The notes: generated by a model from the sequence alone, not told the origin. A stretch of 62,468 nt of DNA, filler included, from Chiloscyllium plagiosum (GCF_004010195.1; 4 parts of one record of this genome joined end to end with filler, not necessarily neighbours in it), one strand, 5' to 3'. Positions 1 through 13,045 are shown, counted from the whole stretch's first letter. Translations and numbers: made by a program.

Positions 1-590
1 CCCTTGAGAAGATGGGGGTGAGCTACCTTCGTGAACTGCTGCAATCCAGCTGCAGTGGGTTGACCCACAATGCCATTAGGGAGGGAATTTCAGGTGTTTG
101 ACACAAAGACACTGAAGGAACGGTGATATATTTCCAAATCAGGATGGTGAGCAGTTTGGAAGGTAACTTGAAGGTAGTGGTGTCTCCATGTACCTGCTGC
201 CCTGGTCCTTATCAATGGAAGTGATTGTGGGTTTGGAAGGTGCTATCTGAGGATCTTTGGTAAATTTCTGTAGTGCATTTTGCAGATAGTATACATTGCT
301 GCTAGTGAGTATCAGTGGTGGAGGATGTGTTGCCAATCTAGTGAGCTGCTTTGTCCTTGATGGTGTCAAGCTTCTTAAGTGTTGTTAGGGATGCACTCAT
401 CCAGGCAAATGGGGAGTATTCCATCACACTCCAGACTTGTGCCTTGTAGATAGGAGACAGGCTTTGGGGAAGGTAAAAACTTTTGCCCGAAACGTCGATT
501 TTACTGCTCCTCGGATGCTGCCTGAACTGCTGTGCTTTTCCAGCACCACTAATCCAGACAGGCTTTGGGGAGTCAGGACATGAATAGTGA
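1..590 (-). mobile_element. 3' fragment of a CR1-group LINE (family B), interrupted by a PLE insertion at 471-555
   Basis: Same sequence family as 24860-25755 and 50120-50450 (cccttgagaag..gtgagctgccttc..gaactgctgca). The minus strand encodes a decayed LTPQSLS..YKAQV..MEYSP motif. Confidence 0.7.
471..555. mobile_element. Ultra-short Neptune-like PLE terminal insertion with inverted end and 16-bp TSD
   Basis: agacaggctttgggga at 455-470 and 556-571. The insert begins with the inverted tail aggtaaaaac, then gcccgaaacgtcgatt (3' half of the hammerhead). Confidence 0.85.
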
Positions 591-1039
591 CAACTAATTT
601 GTGACTAATCAAGTCCCTCAAAGAAAATTGTAATTAAAAAAAACAAATTATCGGTTATTAGAGAGATTTGCTTGATGGATTAAGTGGCCAGATCACTCGG
701 CAAAATCCCCTGTACCTTCATTGAATGCTGCAATGGGATCTGATGTCCAAATGACATGACAAAGGGGACTTTAACATTCCATCTTATCTGATGGGCAGTA
801 CCTGACATTTATAATTGCACTGTTAACATATTTAAAAACACCCATTGATGAAAACTTCAAAAATGAAATGTTGCTTAGCAGTGAGTTAAAAAAAGTCATG
901 AATCACAGTGGCAATGGATGAATGGGATTTGTTGAGAGTTCAAGTACAGGCAGAGAAGAGCATTGAATGAGCTGAGGAATAGATGATTGAGAGAAAATGT
1001 GATATGTAAAATAAACAGAAAAAGGTCACTTGACCCACC

Positions 1040-2830
1040 ATGTCAATGCTGGTCAACAAAGTTCTTACCGCCCAAATCCCACTTCTCAGCTCTTGACCCA
1101 TAGCACTCGAAGTTATGGCAATACATGTAATTATCTACATACCCCTTAAATATTTTGCGGGTTTTTGACTCAGCCACCCTTCCAAGCAGTGAGTTCCAAA
1201 TGAGCGCCACCTTCTGAGTATTCTCCCCAATTGTCCTCATAGCCTTTTACCTCATACCTTTAATATACGTTTCCTGGTTATTGAGCAAGGAAAGTGTTTT
1301 CCAGTGTTATCTCCCTTAATCTTATACACCTCAATCAAATCCCCTTTTAACCTTTGCTGTTCCATGGAAATTAACCCCAGCCTATCCAAAGAACCCAAAG
1401 AAATGTGGAATGCAATCACATCCCTCCTGCAATGTGGTTACCAAAACTGCACACAGGATACCAATTGCAATCTAACCAGCATTTTATACAGTTGTACCAT
1501 AACCTTCTCTGTCCATGTATTCAATGTCTTGACTAACAAAGGCAGAAGTCCCACATGCTTCCTTAACCATCTTATTTATTTGCCCAGCTACTCTCAGTGA
1601 TTTGTGAATATGCACTTCAAGGTCCCTCTAATCATTAGTACTTTACCAGATCCACCTATTCATAGTGCAATCCTGTACCTTGTTAGCCTCTGCTAAGTGC
1701 ATTACCTCACACTTTACCAGGTTGAAATCTGTTTGCCACTTTTCTGACCTATCTGTTGATATCTTCCTGCAGATTATGGCTATCCTACTCACTACTTCCA
1801 GCCTGACCAAATTCATGTTGTGCACAAAGGTCTTGATTATATCCCATATATTTAAGTCCTAGACATTAAAATGTGTCTCTAGCAGCAAGAGTCCTGTGAA
1901 ACTCCACTGGAAGAAGACTACCATCATGCTCACATTCTGGCCTTTCAGCCAATGTTGGATCCAACATCCCACTTCGCCTTAGATCCCATGGGATCTGACC
2001 AGGCTGACATGAGGTACATGATCAAAAATGTCCCTAAAATCCACATAGATCACACCAAATGTATTAACATCATCAACACTTCTAATTACTTTCTTAAAAA
2101 ATTCAATCGCGTTTGCCAAATCCAACCTTCCCTTAACAAATACATTCTGATTATCTCTGATTAATCTGTGTCTTTCCGAGAGCAGGATAAAGTCTGACCT
2201 TCCCCATCACCGAGGTTTGACTGGCCTATAATTTCCTGATCAATCCCTTCCTCCCTTTTCTAATAATCCAAAAATGCAAGTTTTCTTCCTTGTCTCTGGC
2301 ACCTGGATAGAGATGATTTGAAAATTATTACTGGGGGTCCTGTGATGTCTTCTCCCCTTGCCTTTTTCAACAACCTGGAACCATCTTATCTGAGCCCATG
2401 GATTTATCCATTGTTAATGCCGCTAAACCTGCCAGAACCTTATCTCACTGTATGTTAATTTCTTTCTAATAATTCACAATCCTCCACCTTGATATTTCTA
2501 CCTACACTGTCTTTTTCCATTGTGACGACTAATGCAAAGTGTCCATCAAGGACTTTAGCCACCTCTTCCAAGTTCACACACAGGTTATTTCTATGGCCAG
2601 TAGTGAGCCCTACTTTTTCCCCTAGTTATTACTTTATTCTTTACATATTTACAAAGGGACCTTTTGGATTTATTTCACCTGCCGAAGCTTTCTCACACAC
2701 TCTCTTAGATTTCCCAATTACCTTTTTTATATCCCCCACCGCGTTTTTATACTCTTCCAAGGACTCTGCCATTTTGCTTCCTTGGTTTCTCCACAAGCTT
2801 CTCTTTTTCTCTTCTTCTTAACCTTTGTGT
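1040..2830 (-). mobile_element. Degenerate CR1 LINE ORF2 and 3' end
   Basis: Minus-strand remnants WNSL, EKWQTDFNLVKCEVMHL and GSDQ/DLD-type RT region, with many stops. Confidence 0.75.
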
Positions 2831-3083
2831 CCCTTAATATTCAAAAACAGTAGTCTTTCTGCTGCTGGGACCTCTGTCCTTTTGCAGTTCCTTGTAACTT
2901 GTTGCTACTGTTGCCATGTCCCTCAAAGGACTGTTGCTGGCCATCTGCTGGTAATTATAAGGGATTAATACTTGAGGGCATTTAAATAGTTTGAATAGCC
3001 TTTCATTAATTGGAAACTTGTTAAAAAAAAAAGGCTGTCATGTGTATTGAAAAAAAGACAGTTTTCAAAGCTTTTTATCTGAC

Positions 3084-3400
3084 CTGAGCACCCAAGGGAA
3101 ACCGACACAGACATGGGGAGAATGTGCAAACTCCACACCGACAGTTGCCTGAGGCTGTGTGGAGTTTGTACGTTCTCCCCGTGTCTGCATGGGCTTCCTC
3201 CAGGTACTGTGGTTTCCTCCCCCAATCCAAAGATGTGCAGGTCAGATGAATTGGCCATGCTAAATTGCCCGTAGTGTTAGGTGCAATAGTCAGGGTAAAA
3301 TATAGAGAAATGTGTTTGGGTGGGAGACTCTTCGGAGGGTTGGTGAGGACTTGTTGGGCCGAAGGGCCTGTTTCCACACTGTAAGTATTCTAAGATTCTA
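3084..3400 (+). mobile_element. HE1-type SINE with inverted 5' segment
   Basis: 3084-3155 is the reverse complement of the SINE body. 3156-3400 is the sense body ending gggccgaagggcctgtttccacactgtaag plus a (TTCTAAGA)-like tail. Confidence 0.85.
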
Positions 3401-3751
3401 AGATCGTACACTCATCAGGACAATTTTCAAGAGTATTAATTCAAGGAGAAAACCCATATTTATATTGCACAAGGTGAGACTGATGTTTGGTTGGCAAGTA
3501 CTTTCTGATAGGTAAAGACATTGCCTTGGAGAAGGCTTCAATTATTGATCATTAACAATTAATTGTCAGGTTTTGTTTAAACTTTAAACCAAGCAGGTTG
3601 ACTCTGTTAGGTCAGAGCAATGCCAGATCAATTCTGTCACTTATTTTATTGAGTTGCATCCTGTTGAGTTTAGGTGATAGGTATTCACTAGTTCAATTTG
3701 CTGGTTTCAATTGACAAATTCCTTTTGGTTCTTTTCTCAGCAGCTCCATAA

Positions 3752-4325
3752 GGTGGCACAGTGGCTGAGAAGGAGAAAGTGAGGATTGCAGATGCTGGAA
3801 TTCAGAATCAAAAAGTTTGGCACTGGAAAAGCACAGCAGGTCAGGCAGCATCTGTGGAGCAGGAGAGTCGACATTCCTGATGAAGGGCTTATGCCCGAAA
3901 TGTCGGTTCTCCTGCTCCTCAGATGCTGCCTGATCGCTGTGCTTTTCCAGCACCACGCTTTTGAAACACTGGTTAATTGGTTAGCACTGCTGCTTCACTG
4001 TGCCAGAGACCTGGATTCCAGCCTCAGGTGACTGTCTTTATGGAGCTTATACATACTCCCCCCCTACAACTACACACACACACCACTACTCATTTCTGTG
4101 TGAGTTTCCTCCGGGTGCTGTAAATTCTCCCAACAGACCAAAGATGTGTAGATTAAGTGGATTGGATTGGCTGTGCTAAATTGCCCAAAGCGTCCAGGGA
4201 TCTATAGGTTAAGTGGATTAACTACAGGAAGTAGAAATTTGCAGGGAAGTGTGGGACTGAATGGGATGCACTTTGGAGGGTTGGTGTGGACTTAGCCTGT
4301 TTCCACACCACAGGGATTCTAATCC
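3752..4325 (+). mobile_element. HE1-type SINE interrupted by an inverted PLE-end cassette (~3769-3962)
   Basis: A-box ggtggcacagtgg, then a PLE palindromic cassette, then ggttagcactgctg and the SINE body with a gattctaat tail. Confidence 0.8.
3873..3908 (+). ncRNA. Minimal hammerhead ribozyme motif, family A (CpG-decayed stem III)
   Basis: CTGATGA (3877-3883), a, GGGC ttat GCCC, GAAA tGTC. Confidence 0.6.
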
Positions 4326-6699
4326 TAACTGTCTTTGGGGGTAGGTAACTGGAGGATAATTGAGTCAGCGATGACGTCATGTAACATTCTTGGCAAAACT
4401 TTAAGGAAAATATATCAATTTGCATTATTTTTGTATGTGCACTTTCTGCACATGTAGTGACACGAGGTGAATTATAGGTTGGTTAACAAGTAATACTCAC
4501 TAAAATACAATGCCATAATAAAGTAATCCCTGAAGTATATTTTTATGTGTGTATTTCCATTTATATCTCCAAGTATATAAAAGGATAGATCGGTTGCATT
4601 AAATATAGAAGGTAATCAGCATCCGTAGAACTATATTTCAGTCAGGGTCATTATCTTTAAAAACAGTGGCTGAATAAAATCACTTGCTTGTTTATTTTCA
4701 CAAATATTACAAGAAACAATAACATTAATCAAACTAATTGACTGTCATGACAAAAATGTATGAATGAACTTTATAACTGCAATAATTGAAATTCATGGAC
4801 CCTTTCACTAGCTGTTGCAATATAAATAATCTTAGTTTCCATCCCCATAAATACTATACTTGAGCCAAGGGTAAATCTCATTCTCCCAAGCTGCTGAACC
4901 CCATCCAGTCTGCCAGAAACAGCACTCAGCATGGAAGTATTTCAGAAGAAAGATATTTAAGTTCCTGACCCCATACATTATGATAGCTTAGTATTCCCTT
5001 TTCTTTGATGATGCTTCTGCGATTGCCATGGGTTGCTTTTTTGTATTAATAGAGATATACAAATGCAGATTTTTGTGGTTATGTTTCGTTGGATCATGTA
5101 GATTAATTATTGTATGTGTGATAAGTACATTTTTAATTCTATGTTGCTACCTGTATCTATAGATATTCAATGATATATTGTGTTAAAGGAAAACAAGGAA
5201 ACAATAACACAGCCAAACGGAACATATGACCAGTGCTTCCAATTCCAGAAACTGACTGAGCTTGTGAGGTGCCAACCTAATTATTATCATTTTCCCTCTA
5301 AGTGAGGTTATGACTCAGTGCTGGTATCTGGAATCACTTGTCATGTTGAGAAGAGCTGGTTAAAACAGCAGAAATTAACATTTTTTTTATTCAGGCAGGT
5401 CATTGATAGAGTTTCTCCGGCTGAAACCTTGGATTAGATTCAATGTAATTGGGGAATGAGAAATATGACATAGTGAGCTGAAAGGCTCATGATAATTAAG
5501 ACAAGGTCAAGAAGAAAGAAGCATTATGCTAATATAGAGGACCTAACAAAAATGAAACAGGCTACTAACATTACTCAGAGGATAGGTTAGGAATAGGCAC
5601 CAGGGAAGGAGGCTTTGAAATACTCTGGCAAGAAGATGCTTCAGAAATTAAAAATTTGGTTCATCTTTTTGCAATATCCTTTGAAGTTAGACTTCCTAAG
5701 CACGACGACTAAGTCCTAAAGTTCAACTATCAATGCAATATCAATTGCATATTAATACCTTTAAAAGATGGACAGTCAAGCAATTTGGAAACAATAAGAA
5801 CCATGGACCTCTGATAATTCACTTGGGTTACAATTCTACCTCAGCTGTCAGACTGGGACCAGTTCAGGTACAGCTCCCAGACAGGCAGTTCCTCATTTAT
5901 ACTGGATGGTTCCAATTTTAATGCACACTGCCTATGAGGGAATGGGATACAAGTGTTTCTCTATATACATACAGAGCTCTCCAAGTAGCAATTAAGAAGT
6001 TGAGAACACTGATGGATATGTCTGCACACTCTACATCAAATGGATCTCTAGAGTACTTTTGAAATCAGCTTTGCTTTAGATTTGAATGCTTTACTGTGTT
6101 GATAGTGCATCCTTTGGGGAGTTGAGTCAGATACCAACTCGCAGAAATTCTAAAGCTGTAATGTCTGCATGAACCTTCGCAATACCTATTTTCCTTCCTA
6201 GTTCTGTTCACTTGAAGGCTAACATTTTCCCAGGCTTTTAGAATTGAGTTGTTGTGGTGATTGAGTGGAGGGTGTTGAAGGAGGGGGAAGCTGCAAAAAG
6301 ACATGAATCAGACCAGCTTACTGAATTGTTCCCATTCTCGCACTCTCTTTTACAGAGAGTATAGCAAAGGCATGCTGATGGCAATCAGCCTGAAAGAGGT
6401 ACAAGGCCAATTAAAGTAAGTGAGCAGCGAATAAGCTGTATTCTTTTTCCATGCCAATCTAATTTTCCCAGAATGGACAGAGATTCCCCACAGTGTATAT
6501 AACTCACCTGCTCACTGAAGGTGAGTATAGAGCCACAAAACTCAATGGCTTGAGGTTTACACACGATCAGCCAATTATCTCAACAAAACAAGTGGTCTGC
6601 AGTACAGAGTAGGAAGGGATCTGCTCTCTCAGCAACTAACATGGGGTCTGCTGACTGTAAGTATGCTGGAGGTTACCAGGATCATTTTTGCCCCTTGCT

Positions 6700-8150
6700 C
6701 CTGGTACTGCTACTCCCTACTGCAATTTCACCGTCATGGTAACCACAGCTGCTCCTGGTTCCTGCATGGACAGCTCACCTCATCAGCTTACCGTTGAGGA
6801 ACAGCTCACAGCATCGCCGCTCCGCAAGAGTAAAAGCCACCTTCTTCTGCTTCTAGCTCACTTTGCATTCTCACCAAAACTCACACTCTGCCACTCTCAC
6901 CATTGTTAACAATGTCTTCCTTCACTTTCCCTCCCCACATTCACGCCCCCCCCAACCACCTCCTCCCCCAACCATCCCATACCACTAACCCTGTGTGGTG
7001 CCAACTCACTTACCTGGGCCACGACACCACTTTGCATAGAATCATAGAATCCCTACAGTGTGGAAACAGGCCATTTGGCCCAACAAGTTCACACTGGCCA
7101 TCCAAAGAGTAACCCACCAGACCCATTCCCCTATCCTACATTTCCCCTGCCTACACACCCCTGAACACTATGGACAATTTACCTAACTTACACATCTTTG
7201 AATTGTTGAAGGAAACCGGAGCATAGTAACCCACCAGACCCATTCCCCTATCCTACATTTCCCCTGCCTACACACCCCTGAACACTATGGACAATTTACC
7301 TAACTTACACATCTTTGAATTGTTGAAGGAAACCGGAGCATCCGATGGAAACCCCCGCAGATACAGGGAGAATGTGCAAACTCCACACAGACAGTCACCT
7401 GAGGTTGGAATAGAACCCAGGTCCCTGGCGCTGTGAGGCAGCAGTGCTAGCCATTGAGACACCGTGTGGCCACTTACGTCAGCACTAACAGCTTTGCCAG
7501 TCCCAGTCACTTTCAGCTCACACAATCCTTTCCTCACTCCCATTACATGGGAAAGCAGGGCTGAAAGATACAGGGGTAAGTGTCTGACATCAGGGTCCTC
7601 ACCTACTATGAGCAGAGAATCCTGTCTGACACAGGACTAGCCCAGGACCACTCCAGCAGAGATGCTGAAACACCTAAGTCCTGTCAATTGAGTGTGTATC
7701 ACTTTTTAATCCACTGCAACTCTGTCATTTAAACCACGTGTCTCCCTCATTCACTACAGACCACTTGTAATCATTGGTTATGACTCCTTCTCTCACTTGC
7801 GTCTTGCAGATAGTAGTTTGATGACCATTGCCCTGGTTGAGAAACAACCTGTTCCATCAGAAAGCATCTCCTCAACCTCTGAGGATGAGGATACAGAGGT
7901 CTCAGAGTAAGACTGCCTCCTGCACCTCACATAAATACTGACAACTCAGTCAGAAGGCCATGTTTAGAGTGTTTGGGAGCACATTCTGGTGAGTAACTCA
8001 TAGTGACAGCTCCACAGATGTCTGAGGAAGAAACACGCCAGGCTGCTGGCTCTCTGAGAACACCCCCCAACCCCCTCAAAAGCAGGTACCCACTCAGTCC
8101 CAGGCAGGAGAGGGCCTTGTAGTGTCAGCAATTAGAGACTCCAACCACAT
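6700..8150 (+). mobile_element. Possible decayed Harbinger-associated Myb/SANT ORF remnant
   Basis: Remnants TASPLRKSKSHLL (~6807-6845) and SDIRVLTYYEQRIL (~7583-7625) resemble the QCRKR..DL and GGG..LT..EERIL motifs of Harbinger Myb-like proteins. Recognised by eye only. Confidence 0.35.
7037..7469 (-). mobile_element. HE1-type SINE with internal 117-bp tandem duplication
   Basis: Tail tagaatcatagaatc at 7037 and head (ccattgagacaccgtg) near 7451-7469. 7108-7224 is repeated at 7225-7341. Confidence 0.85.
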
Positions 8151-8159
8151 TCCCAAGAC

Positions 8160-8400
8160 AGCACGGTGGCTCAGTGGCTAGCACTGCTGCCTCACAAGAC
8201 TAGAGACATGAGTTCGATTCCACCCTCGGGTGACCGTCTGTGTAGAGTCTGCTTGTTCTCCCCGTGACTGCATAAGTTTCCTCTGGGTGGTCCGGTTTCC
8301 TCCCACAATCCAAAGATGTGCAGGTTAGGTGGATTGGCCATGGGAAATATAGGGTAAGGGGTTACTGGGTCTGAGTGGGATACCTTTTGAAGGATCTGTT
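8160..8400 (+). mobile_element. HE1-type SINE
   Basis: gcacggtggctcagtggctagcactgctgcctcac, B-box gagttcgattcc, and SINE body. Confidence 0.85.
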
Positions 8401-8479
8401 CAGGCTGAGGAAGATACATTTCCCTCTGGCAAGAGGAGTCTCACCAGGCCTGGGTCGTTCCAGACACAAATGCCCCCAG

Positions 8480-9795
8480 AGTCACTAGACCAAACCTCCA
8501 AGCCAGTTTAAAATATAAAAACTTACCTCGGGAATTCAGTGTTCTTCATTATGTCAGTTGGAGTAGGAGGAGTGACAGCAAGGACCAGAGGCCTGATGGG
8601 AAGGTAATGTTAAAATATAAAAAGTTACCTTGGGTGGAGCAAACACTGAGCAGGGACAGACACGGGGTTAGTGAGGCTTTTAAAGGAGCAGCAGAGGGTG
8701 AGGCCACAGTAAGGCACAGAGGACTGCTGGGTATATATTTGGGCAGTGGCTATTGGTTGGTTGAATAAGACCATAGAGAAGTACAGTAGCGCCTCAACAT
8801 ACGAACGACCCCGTTCATGAACAAATTGGTTTATGAACAGGATTGTACGTAAAATTTTGCTTCAATGTACGTACGAAATTCAAGGTACGAACACAAAATG
8901 CTCGTGTCCGACCACATGGTTTCATTGTTCTGCTTTGCTACGCGTTTGTTGAACGCAAAAGCTCTCAGGCCCCGCATGATCTCATTCAGTTCGTCTTTGG
9001 CGCGTGCGCTGTGAACAGCGTTCGTTGCTATGTCCAAGCATTCTTACGCTATCCGAACAATGGGAAAAATTGATTCAGTTCGCAAACTTTTCAGTTCGCG
9101 AAACGGGTCCCGGAATGGATTAAGGTCGAAAGTCGAGGCGTTACTGTACTAGAAATTACTTAACTCATAAATTTGTTTAAATTAATTAAATAAGTAGAGT
9201 TGGCTGGACAGGTGATGTGCTGTAGCTGTACGTTGTGGGAGCTGGCTGATCCCATTGTGAACGGCAGTGACCACATCTGCAGCAAGTGTTGGCTGCTGGA
9301 AGAGCTCCGGATCAGAATTGATGATCTGGAATCTGAGCTTCAAACACTGCGGTAGGGGGAGAGTTACCGGGACCTTTGTTTCAGGAGGCAGTCACACACA
9401 GTAAATTAAGTAATTCAAATTCAATTAGTGATCAGGAACAACAAGGTGTGATTGTAAGTGAGGCAGATAGGGGGATTCTGAGTTCAGGAGTGGAGGAGCC
9501 TCAGCCCTTGACCTTGTCCAACATGAAATTTTATGAGATTTTTGCTTCCTCTATGGTTAAGGAAAAGGGCTGTGGACAAGATGAGCCAGCTGACCATGGT
9601 TACATGGTGCAGAGAGCCATTCAAGAGGGGGAAGCAAAAAGACAATTAGTTGTTAGAGGGGATTCTATAATTTGGGGAACAGATAGTATCCTTTGCGAGC
9701 TGGATCGGGAATCTCACATGGCATGTTGCCTGCCTGGTGCCAGGGTGCAGGACATCTCTGACCGGCTTGAAAGGATATTGGAGCAGGAGGGAGAA
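8480..9795 (+). mobile_element. CR1 LINE 5' UTR and ORF1 remnant (Cys motif, leucine zipper, SGNH esterase)
   Basis: From 9215: MCCSCTLWELADP..CSKCWLLEELRIRIDDLESELQTLR. The ORF at 9376-9843 contains VRGDSII..CCLPGARVQDISDRLERIL, typical of the CR1 ORF1 esterase. Runs into a gap. Confidence 0.85.
8784..9146. mobile_element. Tc1/mariner (Tigger/pogo-like) MITE, 363 bp
   Basis: TIRs CAGTAGCGCCTCAAC and GTCGAGGCGTTACTG, TA duplication at 8782-8783 and 9147-9148. CpG-rich, no transposase ORF. Confidence 0.85.
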
Positions 9796-9895
9796 NNNNN
9801 NNNNNNNNNNNNNNNNNNNNNNNNNNNNNNNNNNNNNNNTTAATTAATTAANNNNNNNNNNNNNNNNNNNNNNNNNNNNNNNNNNNNNNNNNNNN
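9796..9895. other. Assembly gap with synthetic TTAATTAATTAA linker
   Basis: 44 N + TTAATTAATTAA + 44 N. The same construct is at 21103-21202 and 43617-43716. Confidence 0.95.
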
Positions 9896-10213
9896 GGAGT
9901 TGATGAATTGCTCAACCTCCTCGCGTGAGCACGAGGTGGCGCCAATGCAGTCATCAATGTAGTGGAGGAAGAGGTGGGGAGTGGTGCCGGTGTAATTACG
10001 GAAGATCTGTTCTATGTAGCCAACAAAGAGACAGGCATAGCTGGGGCCCATACGGGTGCCCATGGCTACCCCTTTGGTCTGGAGGAAGTGGGAGGATTCG
10101 AAGGAGAAATTGTTAAGGGTGAGGACCAGTTCGGCCAAACGAATGAGAGTGTCGGTGGAAGGGTACTGTTGGGGACATCTGGAGTGGAAAAAATGGAGGG
10201 TTTGGAGGCCCTG
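9896..10213 (-). mobile_element. Neptune-like PLE reverse transcriptase fragment
   Basis: ORF 9848-10138: LTLNNFSF..QTKGVAMGTRMGPSYACLFVG..LHYIDDCIG. Confidence 0.9.
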
Positions 10214-10559
10214 GTCTTATTAGTCCATGCAAGTTCTTCTTATCAGGTCAGAAATAAAGGTGTTAACCTGGTGAGCTAGTTCACCCTTCCCATGTACTAC
10301 TAACTGCTTGCAAATGCTTGCAGCTGCTGACCGTCTGTGTGAGTAGTTCTTAAAGGAATGCAGGGTTGTTTTGATGTGGTAGTGGTAGTGTCCCTACGTG
10401 GGGTTAGACATCTTGTCTTCAACTCCCATCTGCTCCACAGTTGTGTCTGGCCAAATTTGTTTAAAAATGATATTTGAACTGTCAACTCTTTCAAGCTGTA
10501 AACTCACTTGGCCTTTTGAGCGTTCCTTCCCTGAGGTTCAGTGGAATTTATCACCATTT

Positions 10560-10955
10560 ACATAGAGTCGCAGAATCATAAGCATGGAAACTGACCCTTC
10601 AGTCAAACCAGTCCATGCCAAATATGATCCCAAACTAAACTAGTCCCACCTGCCCATCCCAGTCCATATCCCTCCAAACCTTGCCTATTCATGAACTTAT
10701 TTAAATATCTTTTAAATGTTGTAATTGTACCCACATCCACCACTTCCTCAGGAAATTCACTCCATATGTCAACCACCCTCTGTGTAAAATATTTGTCCCT
10801 CATGTCTTTTTTAGATCTCTCTCCTTTCACCTTAAAAATGCTCCTCTTGTCTTGAAATCTCCCATCCTAGGGAAAAAACAACTACTGTGAACTCTAATTA
10901 TACTCTTCATTATTTTAAAATTCTACAAGATCGCCACTCAACCTCTTACACTTCT
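10560..10955 (-). mobile_element. CR1 LINE 3' end
   Basis: ORF 10603-10830: YFTQRVVDIWSEFPEEVV..TITTFKRYL. Confidence 0.85.
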
Positions 10956-11800
10956 TGTTAAATTAAGGGATGATACCCACTGCTGACCACCATGCCATAT
11001 TTGTGGGTTCAAAGATGTTTCCATCGATTGTCATGACTCACTAGCATATGCACTGGGAATCAAGTCTCACGATTGCTGGAATCATCATAATTGTGAAAAG
11101 ATTTAATCAAAGCTTACAAAGTCATCAATTTACATGACTGAAAAACCCAGGTAACGAGAAAACACTATTGAATTTTAACTGTCCAAAGAAAAGACAACTC
11201 AGGTGATTGATTTGAATGAAAGAATTTGAGCTTTGTTTAATTATAACAGAGAATGAATTTGTGCATCTATGTGAAATTTGTCAGCTCACTACTTTAGCAA
11301 AGGACAAGTTAAATAGCAGAAAAAGGCATTCAATTTGTACAGGATCATATTACTGGCATTGCACTGCATATATTTTAACCTGATGTTAATAAACTGTTCA
11401 CTGATATCTCCTGTATCCTTCCTGTAACACCAAGGGAAACACAGATCATTAATAGTACAGCTGAAAGACAATTTGACAATGGGAACCTGTTGTCCATCAT
11501 GCTAACAGCTTGTTGGCAAAGAAGTGTTGCTGAGAAACTAACTACAGCCTTCACCTTTATATTGCAGATAGCATAAGTGGACTCATAGCAGGTTTAAAGG
11601 ATGTAACACACCAACTCAGGATTCAAGTTATTAGTTTTGATTCCAGACACGAGGGAAGGATCGTATCATTAATGCTTCATGAGTTCCCAACCCCTTTAAC
11701 AGGAAAACAAATCCTCTGCTTTGGGAATGCTTATTTTGCAATTAAGCAGGATAAATAATTCAGCCAAGAGATAGTTGAGAGTAAGTTATAGTCAAATTAG

Positions 11801-12129
11801 TGGGCAGCACGGTGGCACAGTGGTTAGCACTGCTGCCTTACAGCGCTAGAGACCTGGGTTCAACTCCCGCCTCAGGCGACTGACTGTGTGGAGTTTGCAC
11901 GTTCTCCCCGTGTCTGTGTCTGTGTGGGTGTGCTCCGGTTTCCTCCCACAGTTACAAAGATGTGCAGGTCAGGTGAATTGGCCATGGTAAATTGCCTGTA
12001 GTGTTAGGTAAGGGGTAAATGTAAATGTAAGGGTAGGGGTAGGAGTATGGGTGGGTTGCGCTTTGGCGGGGCGGTGTGGACTTGTTGGGCCGAAGGGCCT
12101 GTTTCCACACTGTAAGTAATCTAATCTAA
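11801..12129 (+). mobile_element. HE1-type SINE (near full length)
   Basis: gggcagcacggtggcacagtggttagc (A-box), ggttcaactccc (B-box), and an aatctaatct tail. Confidence 0.95.
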
Positions 12130-12269
12130 CATGAGTAGAATTAAAGGTGTGCTGTTTGTAAAACTTTTAGAATCTGCAATTCTTAGCATAGCTTTTAGAG
12201 TGGTCTGTGCATGGTATTGGCCAAAAATGCTAAACATTATAGGAGATTCACTGTACATGGCTGGTATCT

Positions 12270-12615
12270 AATTCAGTGGTTTGTACTGTTGCCTCTCAGC
12301 ACCATGGATCTGGGTTCAATTCCAGCATTGGGTGACTGTGTGGAGTTTGCACATTCTCCCTGTGTCTGTTTGGGTTTCCTTTGGGTGTTCTAACTTTCTC
12401 CCACAGTCTAAAGATGTGCAAGTCACGTGCATTAACCATGCTAAATTGCCATAGTGTCCAGGGATGTGCAGGACAGGTGGATTAGCCATGGGAAATGTAG
12501 GCTAATGGAGATAAGGTGGTGGGGCTGGGTGTAGGTGGGCTGCTCTTTGGGGAGTTGGTGCAGACTTGTTGGATCAAATAGCTTGTATCTGCACTGTAGG
12601 GATTCTATGATTCTA
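12270..12615 (+). mobile_element. HE1-type SINE
   Basis: B-box gggttcaattcc, body, and a gattctatgattcta tail. Confidence 0.85.
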
Positions 12616-12724
12616 ACATTGAAGTACATAGATGATTTTAATTTATTTAGTGTCATTAATACACACTTTATCTTAAAAGCAAAAACAAATTGCAGAGTAA
12701 GCCATTTGGTGACATCCTATAAAT

Positions 12725-13045
12725 GGTTGGCACAGTAGCTCATTGGTTAGCACTGCTGCCTCGCAGCACGAGGGACTCAGGTTCAATTCCAGCCTTGGGC
12801 AACTGTCTGTGTGGGATATGCACATTCTCCCCCGTGTATGTGTGGGTTTTCGCTGGGTGCTCTGGTTTCCTCCCATGGTCCAAAGATATGAAAGTCAGGT
12901 GAATTGGCCATGCTAAATTGCCCAAAGTGTGAGATGTATTAGTAAGAGGGAAATGGGTCTGGGTGGATTGCTTTTCAGAGGGTCAGTGTGGACTTGTTGG
13001 GCCAAATGGCATGTTACCACATTGTAGGGAATGTAATCTAATCTA
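12725..13045 (+). mobile_element. HE1-type SINE
   Basis: ggttagcactgctgcctc, ggttcaattcc, and an aatctaatct tail. Confidence 0.9.

Noticed and set aside
9840..9851. TTAATTAATTAA palindrome recurring three times
   Set aside because: Always centred in a 100-bp N gap, so it is a synthetic scaffolding linker with stops in all frames.
11801..11875. tRNA-like sequences with A and B boxes
   Set aside because: These are SINE heads continuing into the HE1 body. I see no complete cloverleaf or Pol III terminator.
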